A stretch of DNA of 64,000 bases from an uncultured bacterium (GTDB lineage Bacteria > Acidobacteriota > HRBIN11 > JAKEFK01), in the NCBI GenBank assembly GCA_963777505.1, contig CAVZQN010000006.1, forward strand, positions 256,001 to 320,000, written 5' to 3'. A program made the translations under genes and the position numbers. Shown here in pieces: positions 19,002 to 30,641 of the stretch (positions are counted from its first letter, which is position 1; the number at the start of each line of letters is the position of its first letter). The notes beneath the pieces are model-generated. The model was given only the letters and a program-made list of their open reading frames with translations, was not told the origin of the DNA and ran no database searches.

Positions 19002-19475
19002 TTAACGAGCCAACAAAGCGTTGATGAGATAAACGAAGAACAAGACGATTCCTAATACAACCAACCCAAAAAAACCGGCGACGACTGCAAGGAAAATCCA
19101 GTGTCGTATTGTGCTTTGTGCTGGTTGTTCTGCGTATTGACGAAACATTGTCATGTTCCGTGTATTTGCTTTAAAGATAAAATCGAAGACATCACCAACG
19201 AACGGAATCGCCCCGATTGTAATATCCAGAAGAGTATTCACAATCATTCGGAGAATGACTATCTTGGGCAGTTTGAATTGAAAGGCGCGAAATAAGAGCA
19301 TCAGACCCATCGCTCCGCTGATGATGTCGCCGGCTCCGGGAATCAGGCCGATTAATGCCTCGGCTCCAAAACGCCAATTCACACCTGGAATCTTAAAAGC
19401 ATTGTCGAGAAACCAGGCAATTTGGTCTAATTGGTTCTTGACCTTTTCTAATTCAAGGTCTTTTTGTTTGTTCAT
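19002..19475 (-). CDS. DUF4112-family membrane protein
   Basis: LDNAFKIPG..WRFG.EALIGLIPGAGD...IGAIPFVGDVFDFIFKANTRN. Confidence 0.88.
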   Translation of the reverse strand: MNKQKDLELEKVKNQLDQIAWFLDNAFKIPGVNWRFGAEALIGLIPGAGDIISGAMGLMLLFRAFQFKLPKIVILRMIVNTLLDITIGAIPFVGDVFDFIFKANTRNMTMFRQYAEQPAQSTIRHWIFLAVVAGFFGLVVLGIVLFFVYLINALLAR

Positions 19476-19621
19476 GTAGAATTACAGAATAAGACTCATC
19501 CGGGAAGCAACTCTCGCACGTAACACTATAGAGGTGGCTTCCTGCGGTAGCAATGCCCTGAGACTGTTTTCGGACAGTTTCTCCTAACGCATTCCTGCCG
19601 TTCAGAGTTAATTTATGTCTT

Positions 19622-21241
19622 ATGGATGCGTATTACGATGATCTAATTGAATATGTTCTTGAAGAACTTCCGGAGGACCGTTATCTTCAACTTCGCACAC
19701 ATCTAGATTCAGGATGCGTCGAGTGTAATAAGGAAGTTCGGCAGCTTCAAGAAGCATTCCATTTTCTACCTGGCGCTCTTCCTGCCTATAAGATGAAGGC
19801 AGAACTGAAGACAAAATTACTGGATGCAATCAATTCAGAAAGTGTTCAGGGAGTTGGTTTGCAATCCAGAATGCAGCATTCTTTAAAAGTTGCAACTGAT
19901 TTGCGAGTTGTTCGCACAACGGAAACGATGGATTCAGAAAAACCATTTGAACAATCTTCAATTCGTAACATCCGGATAGCGGTTTTGTATTTTGAAAATC
20001 TGAGTGAGGAAAAAGAAAACGATTATTTTCGTGCTGGTATGACTGAAGACATTATTACAGAACTGTCTAAAGTGCGCGCTTGGGAAGTTCGGCCTCGAAC
20101 TCAGGTTGTTCAGTTTAAGGATCAGTCGATTGACATCCGTAATATTGGCCAAGATCTCGGAGTGACGCATGTTCTTCATGGAAGTATCCGTAAGTCAGGG
20201 AATAGGCTGCGGATTTCGTCACATCTTGTCGACGCATCGAGCGCATCTTCAGTTTGGAGCGAACGCTACGATAGAGATTTAAGCGATGTTTTTGAAATAC
20301 AAGCTGAAATTGCTCAGAAAATTGCGGCCGCTTTAAAGGTGCATCTTACTCAAGCAGAACAAAAACAAATTCAAACGCCACAGACTAAAAGCTTGCAAGC
20401 ATATGATCAATATCTTCGTGGCCGCGAAAGCATCTTTCTGCTTACCCGCGAAGGCATCGATACCGCGATTACATATTTTGATAATGCAATAAGAATCGAT
20501 GCGCGGTACGCGATGGCTTATGCAGGTTTGGCCCAGGCTTATGCATTAAAGCTCAGTTTTTTTGGAGGCTCTGAAGAACTTGCCGACCGTGCGATTGAAA
20601 GCGCGAAACGAGCTTTAAATCTGGATCCTGATCAAGCCCAGGCTGAAGCCGCGCTGGGCCTTTCCTATTTATTAAAACGCATGAGTGCCGAAGCCACTGA
20701 AGCCTGCAAACGCGCAATCGAACTGAATCCGTTGGACTCGCTTGCACAATGGATTTCAGGAAGGCTTTTTTACCGTTTGAATCAATATGAAGAAGCCATC
20801 GAACGATTTCAAAAAACTGTTGAACTTGTTCCCGATTTCTATACGGCCTATTCCGATTTAGCTCAAGCTTATGAAAACCTTGGTAATAAGGAATCCGCAC
20901 AGGAAATGCGAAAGAGAACTATTGAAGCCTGCAAAAGTTATTTGAAAACGGATCCAAATGAAGCGCGTGCTCATATATTTCTGGCCACAGCAAGCGCATG
21001 GCTTGGAGATAAAGAGTCAGCATTAAAAGCAGGAAAGAATGCGGAGGAATTAAGTCCGGATGATCCGGTAATGATGTACAATCTTGCCTGCCTTTATAGC
21101 CTTCTCAATGAGGGCGATCTTGCGGTTGAATGGCTAAAAAAATCGGTACAGCACGGCAGAAGAGATTTTGAGTGGATGAAGCGTGATCCTGCTTTAATGA
21201 ATATCCGCAATCATCCCGTTTATCTTGAATTGATTCAGTAG
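19622..21241 (+). CDS. zf-HC2 anti-sigma-like N-terminus fused to a TolB-N-like domain and TPR array
   Basis: LIEYVL.EL...HLDSGCVEC; IAVLYFENLS...YFRAGMTEDIITELSK...GSIRKSGNRLRIS...WSERYDR; TPRs; YNLACLYS. Confidence 0.8.
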   Translation: MDAYYDDLIEYVLEELPEDRYLQLRTHLDSGCVECNKEVRQLQEAFHFLPGALPAYKMKAELKTKLLDAINSESVQGVGLQSRMQHSLKVATDLRVVRTTETMDSEKPFEQSSIRNIRIAVLYFENLSEEKENDYFRAGMTEDIITELSKVRAWEVRPRTQVVQFKDQSIDIRNIGQDLGVTHVLHGSIRKSGNRLRISSHLVDASSASSVWSERYDRDLSDVFEIQAEIAQKIAAALKVHLTQAEQKQIQTPQTKSLQAYDQYLRGRESIFLLTREGIDTAITYFDNAIRIDARYAMAYAGLAQAYALKLSFFGGSEELADRAIESAKRALNLDPDQAQAEAALGLSYLLKRMSAEATEACKRAIELNPLDSLAQWISGRLFYRLNQYEEAIERFQKTVELVPDFYTAYSDLAQAYENLGNKESAQEMRKRTIEACKSYLKTDPNEARAHIFLATASAWLGDKESALKAGKNAEELSPDDPVMMYNLACLYSLLNEGDLAVEWLKKSVQHGRRDFEWMKRDPALMNIRNHPVYLELIQ

Positions 21242-21309
21242 GGGCGGGCCTTAGACCCGCCCGCGATAAACAAGATAGAAAAACGGGCAGGTTTAAGACC
21301 CGCCCCTAC
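21238..21309. repeat. GTAG-type REP doublet (GTAGGGGCGGG...CCCGCCCCTAC)
   Basis: Two inverted palindromic units, the first overlapping the TAG stop; a related unit sits at 39501. Confidence 0.75.
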
Positions 21310-21332
21310 CGACTTGTGGTTAAATAATACAT

Positions 21333-22712
21333 ATGTACTTCAAACAATTTTATCTTGGTTGTCTTGCACATGCTTCCTACTTAATTGGTGATGAAGGACA
21401 AGCCGTTGTTGTGGATCCTCAAAGAGATGTAGATGAATATATTGAGGAAGCGTCAAAACAAGGTTTGAAAATTTCACATGTAATTGAAACGCACTTACAT
21501 GCAGATTTTGTTTCCGGACATCGCGAATTGGCCAAGCGAACGGGAGCCCAAATTTACTTTGGTGCGCGAGCAAATGCTGAATTCGAACACATCGCAGTGA
21601 AAGAAGGTGATGAAGTGCGGATCGGCAAAGTTGTGCTTCGATTTCTTGAAACTCCAGGACATACTCCGGAATCTATTTCAATACTTGTAATCGATGAAAA
21701 TGAATCGAAAGATCCGGCCGCCGTATTAACAGGAGATACACTCTTTATTGGAGATGTAGGTAGACCCGATTTGCTGGGTGCGCGCATGAGCGCTGCTGAA
21801 TTAGCGGGCATGCTTTATGATTCATTGCACAACAAACTTTTGAAATTGCCAGACTCAGTGAAAGTGTTTCCTGCTCATGGCGCTGGTTCGATGTGCGGTC
21901 GAAATATTTCAAGTGAGCGGAGTTCAACAATCGGCGAACAGCGGAAAGTGAACTATGCGCTTCAACCGATGGCGCGTGATGAATTCATCCGCATTATGAC
22001 AACCGATTTACCCGAGGCTCCAGCATACTTCAGTGAAGATGTGCAGTTGAATCGTAAAGGTCCAGCAATCCTGGAAGAACTTCCGCCGGTTGAAGCGCTT
22101 TCACCACAGCAAGTTAATGAAAAGCGAAATGAATGTTTAATTTTAGATACACGCCCTTCTGATCAGTTCGGTGTCGGTCATATTCCCGGATCGCTGAACA
22201 TTGGTTTAGGTGGACAATTTGCAACATGGGCTGGAACTCTGATTCCAATTAATACTCCATTTATTATTGTTGCGGAAACGGAGGAGCATGTTAAAGAAAG
22301 CAGGATCCGTTTAGCGCGAGTCGGACATGAAAATGTGATCGGCTATCTGGCTGGTGGAATTTTAGCGTGGTATCAAGCTGGATTTCCAATTGCAAGCACC
22401 GAACAAATCACGGTTCAGGAATTACAGCAAAGAATTGCAGAAGGTTCGGTGGATCAAGTGGTTGATGTTAGACGAGTGGGAGAATGGAATTCAGGTCACA
22501 TTTCAAAAGCGACTCATATTCCATTGAATACCCTGGCCAAGGAAGTTGTATCCAAATTGGATCCTGACAAAAAAACAGTCGCAATCTGCGCAGGTGGATA
22601 CCGTTCGTCAATGGCAACCAGTATTCTCGAGCAGCTCGGATATACCCGCATCTCGAACGTCATTGGCGGTATGAATGCATGGAGCACCTCCAAGCTGGAA
22701 GTGGTAAACTAA
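21333..22712 (+). CDS. MBL-fold hydrolase / persulfide-dioxygenase-like protein with two rhodanese domains
   Basis: ETHLHADFVSG, TPGHTPE, TGDTLFIGDVGRPDL, PAHGAGSMCG, C-terminal ICAGGYRS. Confidence 0.92.
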   Translation: MYFKQFYLGCLAHASYLIGDEGQAVVVDPQRDVDEYIEEASKQGLKISHVIETHLHADFVSGHRELAKRTGAQIYFGARANAEFEHIAVKEGDEVRIGKVVLRFLETPGHTPESISILVIDENESKDPAAVLTGDTLFIGDVGRPDLLGARMSAAELAGMLYDSLHNKLLKLPDSVKVFPAHGAGSMCGRNISSERSSTIGEQRKVNYALQPMARDEFIRIMTTDLPEAPAYFSEDVQLNRKGPAILEELPPVEALSPQQVNEKRNECLILDTRPSDQFGVGHIPGSLNIGLGGQFATWAGTLIPINTPFIIVAETEEHVKESRIRLARVGHENVIGYLAGGILAWYQAGFPIASTEQITVQELQQRIAEGSVDQVVDVRRVGEWNSGHISKATHIPLNTLAKEVVSKLDPDKKTVAICAGGYRSSMATSILEQLGYTRISNVIGGMNAWSTSKLEVVN

Positions 22713-22739
22713 CCATCTCCCCCTTAAATTAAGACATTC

Positions 22740-24845
22740 ATGAATCAAAAGGATTCCGAGTCGAGCTCCGGTTCTGCAACCTCGACAAACAATAGTTCTG
22801 AAGAAACTTCCGAAGTTCCCTCTTCTACGAATTCTGCAAAAGGTGTATCCGAATCAATACCGGCAAAGGCAGCATCGGAGACAAACAAGACTCCTGAAGA
22901 TAGTTCGGCAAAGAATGCAACTCCTGCCGATGTTATTTCTCAGACAGTAGCTGACGTTGTTCCGTCCGAACACGACAAGGAGCCTCACGGAAAATATTTA
23001 GCATTTCTTTGTTTAGGAGCGCTTGGTGTTGTTTATGGTGATATAGGCACAAGTCCTTTGTACGCACTGCGTGAATGCTTTCATGGGCCGCATGCAGTAG
23101 CCCCAACAATAGCAAACACATTGGGAGTTTTGTCGCTCATTACATGGTCTCTCATTATCGTGATTTCGATTAAGTATCTTGTATATGTAATGCGAGCCGA
23201 TAACAAAGGTGAAGGCGGGATTCTAGCACTGATGGCATTAGTTCGGCCTGAACGGAGTCATCCAATGAAGCGCTGGATTCTAACCGCGATCGGGTTGTTT
23301 GGAGCTGCGCTTTTATACGGTGATGGAATTATTACTCCGGCGATTACAGTGCTCAGTGCGGTAGAAGGTCTCGCTATTGCGACACCTTTCTTCAAAGATA
23401 AAGTCATTTACATCACATGCTTTGTACTGGTTGTACTTTTTTGGCTTCAGAAACATGGAAGCGCCAGAGTAGGTTCTTTCTTTGGGCCACTAATGATGGT
23501 CTGGTTCGGTTCTTTGATCTTTCTTGGGATTTATCAGATTTCAAGAAACCCTGGTGTTTTTGTTGCATTAAATCCCGTCTACGGCTACCAGTTTTTTTTG
23601 CAAAATGGCTGGCATGGATTTCTGGTGCTTGGTACAGTCTTTCTTGTTGTTACAGGAGGCGAAGCATTATATGCCGATATGGGCCATTTCGGCAGAAAAC
23701 CGATACGGATTGCTTGGTTTTCGCTTGTCATGCCAGCACTACTGTTGAACTATTTCGGACAGGGTGCGTTATTGATTGAAAATCCTTCAGCCGCACCAAA
23801 TCCTTTTTATTTAATGCCACCTGCTTGGGCATTGTTGCCCATGGTTGTTCTTGCAACCCTTGCAAGCTGTATTGCGTCTCAGGCAGTTATAACTGGCGCA
23901 TTTTCATTGACAAGACAAGCTGTTCAACTTGGTTATTCCCCGCGCGTACAAATCCGGCATACTTCGGCTAAAGAGATTGGCCAGATTTACATTCCTGGAG
24001 TTAATTGGGCATTAATGATTGCAACTATATGGCTTGTTTTAGAATTCAAAACTTCCAGTGATCTTGCAGGTGCATATGGAGTTGCTGTAACAACTACAAT
24101 GGTTCTGACCACAGTTTTGCTTTATTTTGTCGAACGCTATGTTTGGAAATGGAAAGTTCTACCTTCATTACTATTGACCTCAGGCTTTCTGGTTATTGAT
24201 TTAGCATTTTTTGGCGCGAATATTATCAAATTTTTCGCAGGAGGTTGGTTCCCTCTTGCAGTAGGTGCATTGATTTTTACAATCATGACAACATGGCGCC
24301 GCGGCCGGATGATTTTAAATCAACGACTCAGTGAAATCGCACTTCCAGATCATTTGTTTATCGATAGTTTGAAAGCTGAAAAACCGTCGCGTGTTGCAGG
24401 CACAGCGGTGTTTATGGATCGAACACCCGATGCAACCCCGCATGCACTTCTTCACAACATTAAGCACAACAAAGTTTTGCACGAGCAGGTAATCCTTTTA
24501 ACAATTGTGACTGAGGATGCACCTCATGTTAAAGAAGAGAAACGAGTAAAAATTGTTCCGCGAGGGGAACGGATCTTTAGAATGGTGATTAAGTTTGGAT
24601 TTATGGAAGATCCTGATGTTTCCAGGGTGCTAAGAAACGTTGAACTCGATGGGAAGAAATTAGTTCCGCAACATATGTCGTTTTTCTTAGGACGTGAAAA
24701 ATTGATCGCCACTGATCGACCAGGAATGGCGGTCTGGCGGGAAAAATTGTTTGCATGGATGTCGCAAAACGCGACCGGTGCTGCGTACTTCTTTAATCTC
24801 CCACCCGATCGAATCGTGGAACTCGGCGCATCAATCGAACTCTAA
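22740..24845 (+). CDS. kup: KUP/HAK/KT potassium transporter
   Basis: GVVYGDIGTSPLYA, ADNKGEGG, YGDGIITPAI, TGGEALYADMGHFG, GQIYIP; Ser-rich N-terminal extension of about 80 aa. Confidence 0.96.
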   Translation: MNQKDSESSSGSATSTNNSSEETSEVPSSTNSAKGVSESIPAKAASETNKTPEDSSAKNATPADVISQTVADVVPSEHDKEPHGKYLAFLCLGALGVVYGDIGTSPLYALRECFHGPHAVAPTIANTLGVLSLITWSLIIVISIKYLVYVMRADNKGEGGILALMALVRPERSHPMKRWILTAIGLFGAALLYGDGIITPAITVLSAVEGLAIATPFFKDKVIYITCFVLVVLFWLQKHGSARVGSFFGPLMMVWFGSLIFLGIYQISRNPGVFVALNPVYGYQFFLQNGWHGFLVLGTVFLVVTGGEALYADMGHFGRKPIRIAWFSLVMPALLLNYFGQGALLIENPSAAPNPFYLMPPAWALLPMVVLATLASCIASQAVITGAFSLTRQAVQLGYSPRVQIRHTSAKEIGQIYIPGVNWALMIATIWLVLEFKTSSDLAGAYGVAVTTTMVLTTVLLYFVERYVWKWKVLPSLLLTSGFLVIDLAFFGANIIKFFAGGWFPLAVGALIFTIMTTWRRGRMILNQRLSEIALPDHLFIDSLKAEKPSRVAGTAVFMDRTPDATPHALLHNIKHNKVLHEQVILLTIVTEDAPHVKEEKRVKIVPRGERIFRMVIKFGFMEDPDVSRVLRNVELDGKKLVPQHMSFFLGREKLIATDRPGMAVWREKLFAWMSQNATGAAYFFNLPPDRIVELGASIEL

Positions 24846-24862
24846 CCGCTGAGGCGCAAATT

Positions 24863-27688
24863 TTACTTCGCTAATTGGCGCAAGACGTATTGGAGAATTC
24901 CGCCGTGCTGGTAGTAGTCAATCTCAATTGGAGTATCAATCCGGAGGGTCACTGCAATGCGGTCAGTTTGCCCAGTCTTTCGATAGATCACAAGTGTTAA
25001 ATCTTGTTGCGGTTTGATTTCTTTTCCCAACCCTTCGAGAGCATAAATTTCTGATCCATCCAATTGCAATGTTGTTGGACTCACTCCTTCTTTAAACTGA
25101 CATGGAAGGACTCCCATTCCAACAAGATTACTGCGATGAATTCTTTCAAAGCTCGCTGCAACAACTACGTTAACACCAAGAAGTCGCGTTCCTTTTGCAG
25201 CCCAATCCCGTGAGCTACCGGTACCGTATTCCTGACCGGCGAAAATCATCAAAGGTGCATTCGACTCTTTATAACGCATCGCTGCATCGTAGATTGTCAT
25301 TACTTCACCGCTTGGATAATGAACGGTATATCCGCCTTCTTTGCCGGGCACCATAAGATTTCTGATGCGCACATTTGCAAAAGTACCACGAGTCATCACG
25401 CGATCATTGCCGCGTCTTGATCCATAGCTATTGAAATCATTTTTGCTGACGCCATTTTCAATCAAGTATTTTCCTGCTGGAGAATCTTCTTTGATTGAAC
25501 CCGCAGGACTGATGTGATCGGTGGTTACTGAATCACCAAAAATAGCCAGAGGTCTTGCACCCTTAATCTCTGAAATTTGACCTGTTGCCATTGTAAAGTC
25601 TTCAAAGAATGGAGGTTCTTGAATGTAGGTTGAGTTCGGATCCCAGTTGTAAACGACTCCTTTGCTTGTTGGAATATCATTCCACATAGGATTTTGTTCT
25701 GCGAAGCTGCTGTAAAGTCTCCGATAGGTTTCAGGATCCATCGCATGCTTCATGCATTCATTGACTTCTTCCACCGTTGGCCAAATGTCACGAAGGAATA
25801 CAGCGTTTCCATTTTTTCCGGTACCGAGCGGTTCAGAAGTCATATCAATAGGAACGCGCCCTGCAAGGGCGAACGCTACAACAAGTGGCGGGCTCATCAG
25901 AAAATTCGCTTTGATACTTTGATGAACGCGTGCTTCAAAATTACGATTTCCACTTAGAACACTTGCTCCGATTAAATCTTTTGTCGTAACCACTTCTTCA
26001 ATCTGAGGATCGAGTGGTCCGGAATTTCCGATACAAGTAGTACATCCGTAACCAACAAGGTTGAAACCCAGTTCATCTAAATATGGTTGAAGTGCTGTTT
26101 TGGCCAAATAATCGGTGACGACGCGTGAACCTGGTGCAAGCGAAGTTTTTACTGCAGAATTTACAGTTAAACCCTGCTCGACTGCTTTTTTCGCGAGTAA
26201 TCCTGCAGCAATCATGACACTGGGATTCGAGGTATTCGTGCAAGAAGTGATCGCTGCAATCAAAACACTACCATGACCGATCTCAGCAATGCCCTCAGGA
26301 AACGAGCCTTTACGAACACGATCGGGTGTCGGCCGATTGTTAATCATTTCGGTTTCAGTCCACAGACTTGTATCTTTCGATTTTCCGTCCGGTGGAAGAA
26401 CCTGTTGATCCCCTCCGCCTTTCGCAACTGGATGATCGCCTGTCTTTACAAGAAATCTGTCATCCAAATTGCTTTTGTTATATCCGTTTTCAGCAACGGG
26501 TTTTTGCAGCAGATCTGTGAATTTCTGTTTGAGCTCTGAAAGTGTGATGCGATCTTGCGGACGTTTAGGTCCTGCAACACTCGCTTCAACATCATTAAGA
26601 TCCAGTGTCAGTACTGTGGAATAGTCACATTCTCCGGAGCGCGGAATTCCAAACATATTTTGTGCTTTGAAGTAGTTCCGCATCGTATCCACAAGTTCTT
26701 TGGAGCGTCCGGTTGCAAGCATGTATTTACATGTTTCTTCATCGATAGGAAAGTAGCCCATCGTTGCTCCATATTCAGGAGCCATATTTGCAATCGTGGC
26801 ACGATCTGTTAGAGCGAGTGATGCAGCGCCTTCTCCATAAAATTCGACGAATTTTCCTACAACCTTTGCTTTTCTTAGCATCTCTGTTACATGCAGCACC
26901 AGATCAGTCGCTGTGATTCCTTCCTTCAGGCGGCCACTCATATCAACACCAACTACATCCGGAGTTAAGAAATAAACCGGTTGTCCAAGCATCCCTGCTT
27001 CAGCTTCAATACCTCCAACTCCCCAGCCAACAATTCCAAGACCATTAATCATGGTTGTATGTGAATCGGTTCCAACAAGTGTGTCCGGATAATACGTTCC
27101 ATCTTTTTCCAGTACACCTTTTGCGAGAAATTCAAGATTCACTTGATGAACGATTCCAATGCCCGGAGGTACAACACCAAATCCGCGGAAAGCCTGTGTT
27201 CCCCATTTTAGAAATTCATATCTTGAACGATTTCGATGAAATTCCATCTCCATATTTTTCTTAAATGCTTCCGCAAATCCTGCAAAATCTACCTGCACTG
27301 AATGATCAATAACAAGATCTACCGGCACCAAAGGTTCAATAATCGCTGGATTTTTTCCCATCCGGCCAACTGCTGATCTCATTGCTGCGAGATCTACAAG
27401 CAGTGGGACTCCTGTAAAATCCTGGAGAACAATTCTGGCAACTACAAAAGGAATTTCGTCCGTTCGAATCGCATTAGGCTTCCACCTCGCAAGTGCCATC
27501 ACATCGTCTTCTTTAATTTTTTTACCGTCGAAATTGCGAAGCACTGACTCCAAAACAATTCGAATACTCACCGGAAGTCTCGATATTTCGCCGCTTACTT
27601 TCTGTAACTGAGGTAATGAATAGAATTGTGCTTTTTTGCCAAAACCTGTATCAAAACTTTGATATGTATCGAAGAGAGAATGCGGCAT
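24863..27688 (-). CDS. acnA: Aconitate hydratase AcnA
   Basis: [54 protein letters not shown]. Confidence 0.97.
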   Translation of the reverse strand: MPHSLFDTYQSFDTGFGKKAQFYSLPQLQKVSGEISRLPVSIRIVLESVLRNFDGKKIKEDDVMALARWKPNAIRTDEIPFVVARIVLQDFTGVPLLVDLAAMRSAVGRMGKNPAIIEPLVPVDLVIDHSVQVDFAGFAEAFKKNMEMEFHRNRSRYEFLKWGTQAFRGFGVVPPGIGIVHQVNLEFLAKGVLEKDGTYYPDTLVGTDSHTTMINGLGIVGWGVGGIEAEAGMLGQPVYFLTPDVVGVDMSGRLKEGITATDLVLHVTEMLRKAKVVGKFVEFYGEGAASLALTDRATIANMAPEYGATMGYFPIDEETCKYMLATGRSKELVDTMRNYFKAQNMFGIPRSGECDYSTVLTLDLNDVEASVAGPKRPQDRITLSELKQKFTDLLQKPVAENGYNKSNLDDRFLVKTGDHPVAKGGGDQQVLPPDGKSKDTSLWTETEMINNRPTPDRVRKGSFPEGIAEIGHGSVLIAAITSCTNTSNPSVMIAAGLLAKKAVEQGLTVNSAVKTSLAPGSRVVTDYLAKTALQPYLDELGFNLVGYGCTTCIGNSGPLDPQIEEVVTTKDLIGASVLSGNRNFEARVHQSIKANFLMSPPLVVAFALAGRVPIDMTSEPLGTGKNGNAVFLRDIWPTVEEVNECMKHAMDPETYRRLYSSFAEQNPMWNDIPTSKGVVYNWDPNSTYIQEPPFFEDFTMATGQISEIKGARPLAIFGDSVTTDHISPAGSIKEDSPAGKYLIENGVSKNDFNSYGSRRGNDRVMTRGTFANVRIRNLMVPGKEGGYTVHYPSGEVMTIYDAAMRYKESNAPLMIFAGQEYGTGSSRDWAAKGTRLLGVNVVVAASFERIHRSNLVGMGVLPCQFKEGVSPTTLQLDGSEIYALEGLGKEIKPQQDLTLVIYRKTGQTDRIAVTLRIDTPIEIDYYQHGGILQYVLRQLAK

Positions 27689-27731
27689 TTTCTGAACTCC
27701 TTTTATAAATTATAAACCGCAGAGAGGCTAA

Positions 27732-28445
27732 GTGAATACAATAGAGACCCAAAGGAAGGTTGTCATCACGCGAGTCTCTGTAATCATCCCCGTATTGAAC
27801 GAAGAGAAATCGATTGCCGCCGTTATCAACGACATTCCTCCTGATTTAGCCAATGAAATTATCGTTGTTGACAATGGATCGACCGATGGAACTGCCGAGC
27901 TTGCGTCAAATTTGGGATGCAAGGTTTTGCATGAACCCAGGCGTGGATATGGCTTTGCATGTCTGAAAGGGATCGAAGCCCTGAATCAGCCTGACATTGT
28001 TGTATTTTTAGATGGTGATTACAGTGACTTTCCATCCGAAATGGTTCAACTGACGGATCCCATTAATCAGGATCGGGCTGATCTTGTGATAGGGTCACGA
28101 ACGCTCGGTAATTCGGACAAACATGCGCATCCACCTCATGCAAGATTTGGAAACTGGCTGGCTACATCAATGATCAGAGTTTTTTTCAACCATCGATATA
28201 CAGATCTTGGCCCGTTTCGAGCGATCCGATATCCTTCATTACAATTGCTGAACATGGAGGATAAAACCTGGGGTTGGACTGTTGAAATGCAAATCAAAGC
28301 GCTTCAAAAAGGTCTCAGGGTCATCGAAGTTCCGGTTTCGTATCGCCGGAGAATCGGAAAATCTAAAATCAGCGGTACAATTTCAGGCTCAATTAAGGCA
28401 GGAGCTAAAATCATCTCGACGATCCTTAAATACTCGATTCATTGA
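27732..28445 (+). CDS. Glycosyltransferase family 2 (start uncertain)
   Basis: VSVIIPVLNEE, IVVDNGSTDGT, FLDGDYSD, YTDLGPFRAI, WGWTVEMQ. Confidence 0.9.
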   Translation: MNTIETQRKVVITRVSVIIPVLNEEKSIAAVINDIPPDLANEIIVVDNGSTDGTAELASNLGCKVLHEPRRGYGFACLKGIEALNQPDIVVFLDGDYSDFPSEMVQLTDPINQDRADLVIGSRTLGNSDKHAHPPHARFGNWLATSMIRVFFNHRYTDLGPFRAIRYPSLQLLNMEDKTWGWTVEMQIKALQKGLRVIEVPVSYRRRIGKSKISGTISGSIKAGAKIISTILKYSIH

Positions 28446-28572
28446 CGTGTCCTTGCTACGGACGTTCCTTATAGTTTATTATCCTCAAGTCAGATACTGT
28501 CCGAAAACAGGGACTCCCTGCCAATTCGCCAGCATTACAAAGCGTTTTCATACATTCACCAGGAGGACTTAG

Positions 28573-28833
28573 ATGTCAGATGTTGTTATTAAAGTGCTTA
28601 AAAATGGACCCCTTCGCATCGAAGGTAGGGTTCAAATGATTGATTGCAACGGCAATGTAATGGCTTTTGAAAAGGATAAGTTCTCATTGTGCCGTTGTGG
28701 ACATTCTTCGAAGAAGCCTTTTTGTGATGGTACCCATAACAAAGTTGGTTTTATTCATGAAGATTGTTTTGTCCCAGAACCTACTCCTCCAGCACCAGTG
28801 CCAACACCAATAGCGCCCCCTAAATCAGAATGA
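28573..28833 (+). CDS. CDGSH iron-sulfur domain protein
   Basis: NGPL...[17 protein letters not shown]; AGGAGG SD. Confidence 0.93.
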   Translation: MSDVVIKVLKNGPLRIEGRVQMIDCNGNVMAFEKDKFSLCRCGHSSKKPFCDGTHNKVGFIHEDCFVPEPTPPAPVPTPIAPPKSE

Positions 28834-30636
28834 CTGAACGTATGAAAGTTCGTGAAGATATTCGTAATCTAGCGATCATCGCGCACGTAGATCACGGAAA
28901 AACTACGCTTGTAGATGCCATGCTCTGGCAAAGCGGCATCTTTCGTTCGAATCAAAAAGTAAATGAACGCGTAATGGACAATATTGACCTTGAGCGCGAA
29001 AAGGGCATCACCATTATGGCCAAGAATTTGGCTGTATGGTTCAACAGTGTAAAGCTCAACATTGTAGACACTCCAGGCCATGCTGATTTCGGCGGTGAAG
29101 TTGAACGAACTCTCAACATGGTTGATGGTGTCATGCTTCTTGTTGACGCCTCCGAAGGTCCGCTTCCACAAACACGTTTCGTTCTGAAGAAAGCTTTGGA
29201 AATGAATCTCCCTGCAATCGTTGTTATTAACAAGATTGATCGGAATGATGCTCGCATTCCCGAAGTTCGAAACGAAATTTACGATCTGTTTATTGATCTT
29301 GATGCGAATGAACAGCAAATCGAATTTCCAATTTTGTATACAAATGCCCGGGCAGGTCTAGCAAAATTGAAAATGGAAGAGGAATCACGCAGCTTAATTC
29401 CGTTATTTGAAACAATTCTGAAAACAATTCCAGCTCCGACCCACAATTCGGCTCAGGAGCTTCAATTACTTGTTACGAATGTTGATTACGACGAATATGT
29501 TGGACGTCTTGCGATTGGCCGCATTGTAAATGGCACAATCCGCGCTGGAGAAAATGTCACCGCATGTAAGCTGGATGGAAGTTTTGAAAATTTCAAAGTG
29601 ACGAAGCTGCATGTTTTTGATGGACTTCAACTTGCTCAGGCTGAAGAAGCCTCCGCAGGCGATATTGTTGCAGTTGCAGGAAATGAAAATTTTACAATCG
29701 GTGAAACGATCGCTTTTGCAGCCAACCCAAAAGCGCTGCCTGCTTTTCAAGTTGATGAACCCACGATTTCGATGAATTTTTCCGCAAACATTTCACCATT
29801 TTCCGGACGTGAAGGAAAATACGTTACAGCCCGTCATCTAAAAGAACGACTCGAACGGGAATTGTTAAAGAATGTAAGTCTGAGAATGGAAGTCATTGAA
29901 GGCGCAACTGAAACGTTTCGTGTAATGGGTCGTGGAGAGCTTGCAAATGGCAATCCTAATCGAAATGATGCGCCGTGAAGATTACGAATTTGAAGTTTCA
30001 AAACCTGAAATCATTACCAAAACTGAAGATGGAATTCTATTGGAGCCTGTGGAACGATTGATTATTGATTGTCCTGAAGAATTCATTGGAGTTTCCACAC
30101 AGAAAGTCGGAATGCGCCGCGGAAAATTATTAAACATGGTGAATCACGGCAAGGGACGCGTTCGTCTTGAATTCAGAATTCCAACACGTGGTTTAATCGG
30201 TTTCAGATCAGAATTTCTGACGGATACGCGCGGTACAGGAATTATGAACCATTTATTCGAAGAATATGAACCCTGGTCGGGGGATATTACAACCCGATCG
30301 AATGGTGTACTCGTTTCGGATCGAGATGGCCGTGTGACGGCGTATGCATTAAACAATCTTCAGGATCGCGGTGATCTGTTTGTGAAGCCGGGTCAGGATG
30401 TCTATCGCGGTCAAATTTGTGGAAAGAACTCCCGTTCTGCTGATCTTTATGTGAACGTGACAAAAGAAAAAAAGCTGACTAATATGAGGGCTTCCACTTC
30501 CGATGATGCAATCCGGTTGATCCCATATCAAGAAATGGGATTGGAAAAGGGCCTGGAGTTCATTAACCTAGATGAACTTGTAGAAATTACGCCCGATTCA
30601 ATCAGGATGAGGAAGAAAAATATCGTTCGATCATAA
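28830..30636 (+). CDS. typA: Translational GTPase TypA/BipA (one apparent indel near 29940)
   Basis: [39 protein letters not shown]; continues in ORF 29932-30636 with [16 protein letters not shown]. Confidence 0.95.
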
Positions 30637-30641
30637 GCGGC

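Noticed and set aside
22740-22980. Ser/Thr-rich N-terminal extension of Kup
   Set aside because: Disordered N-terminal tails are common in this family; no repeat or motif visible
29930-29980. Programmed frameshift in typA (and in the S9 peptidase near 33610)
   Set aside because: No slippery heptamer or stimulatory structure; same single-insertion pattern as other likely assembly errors
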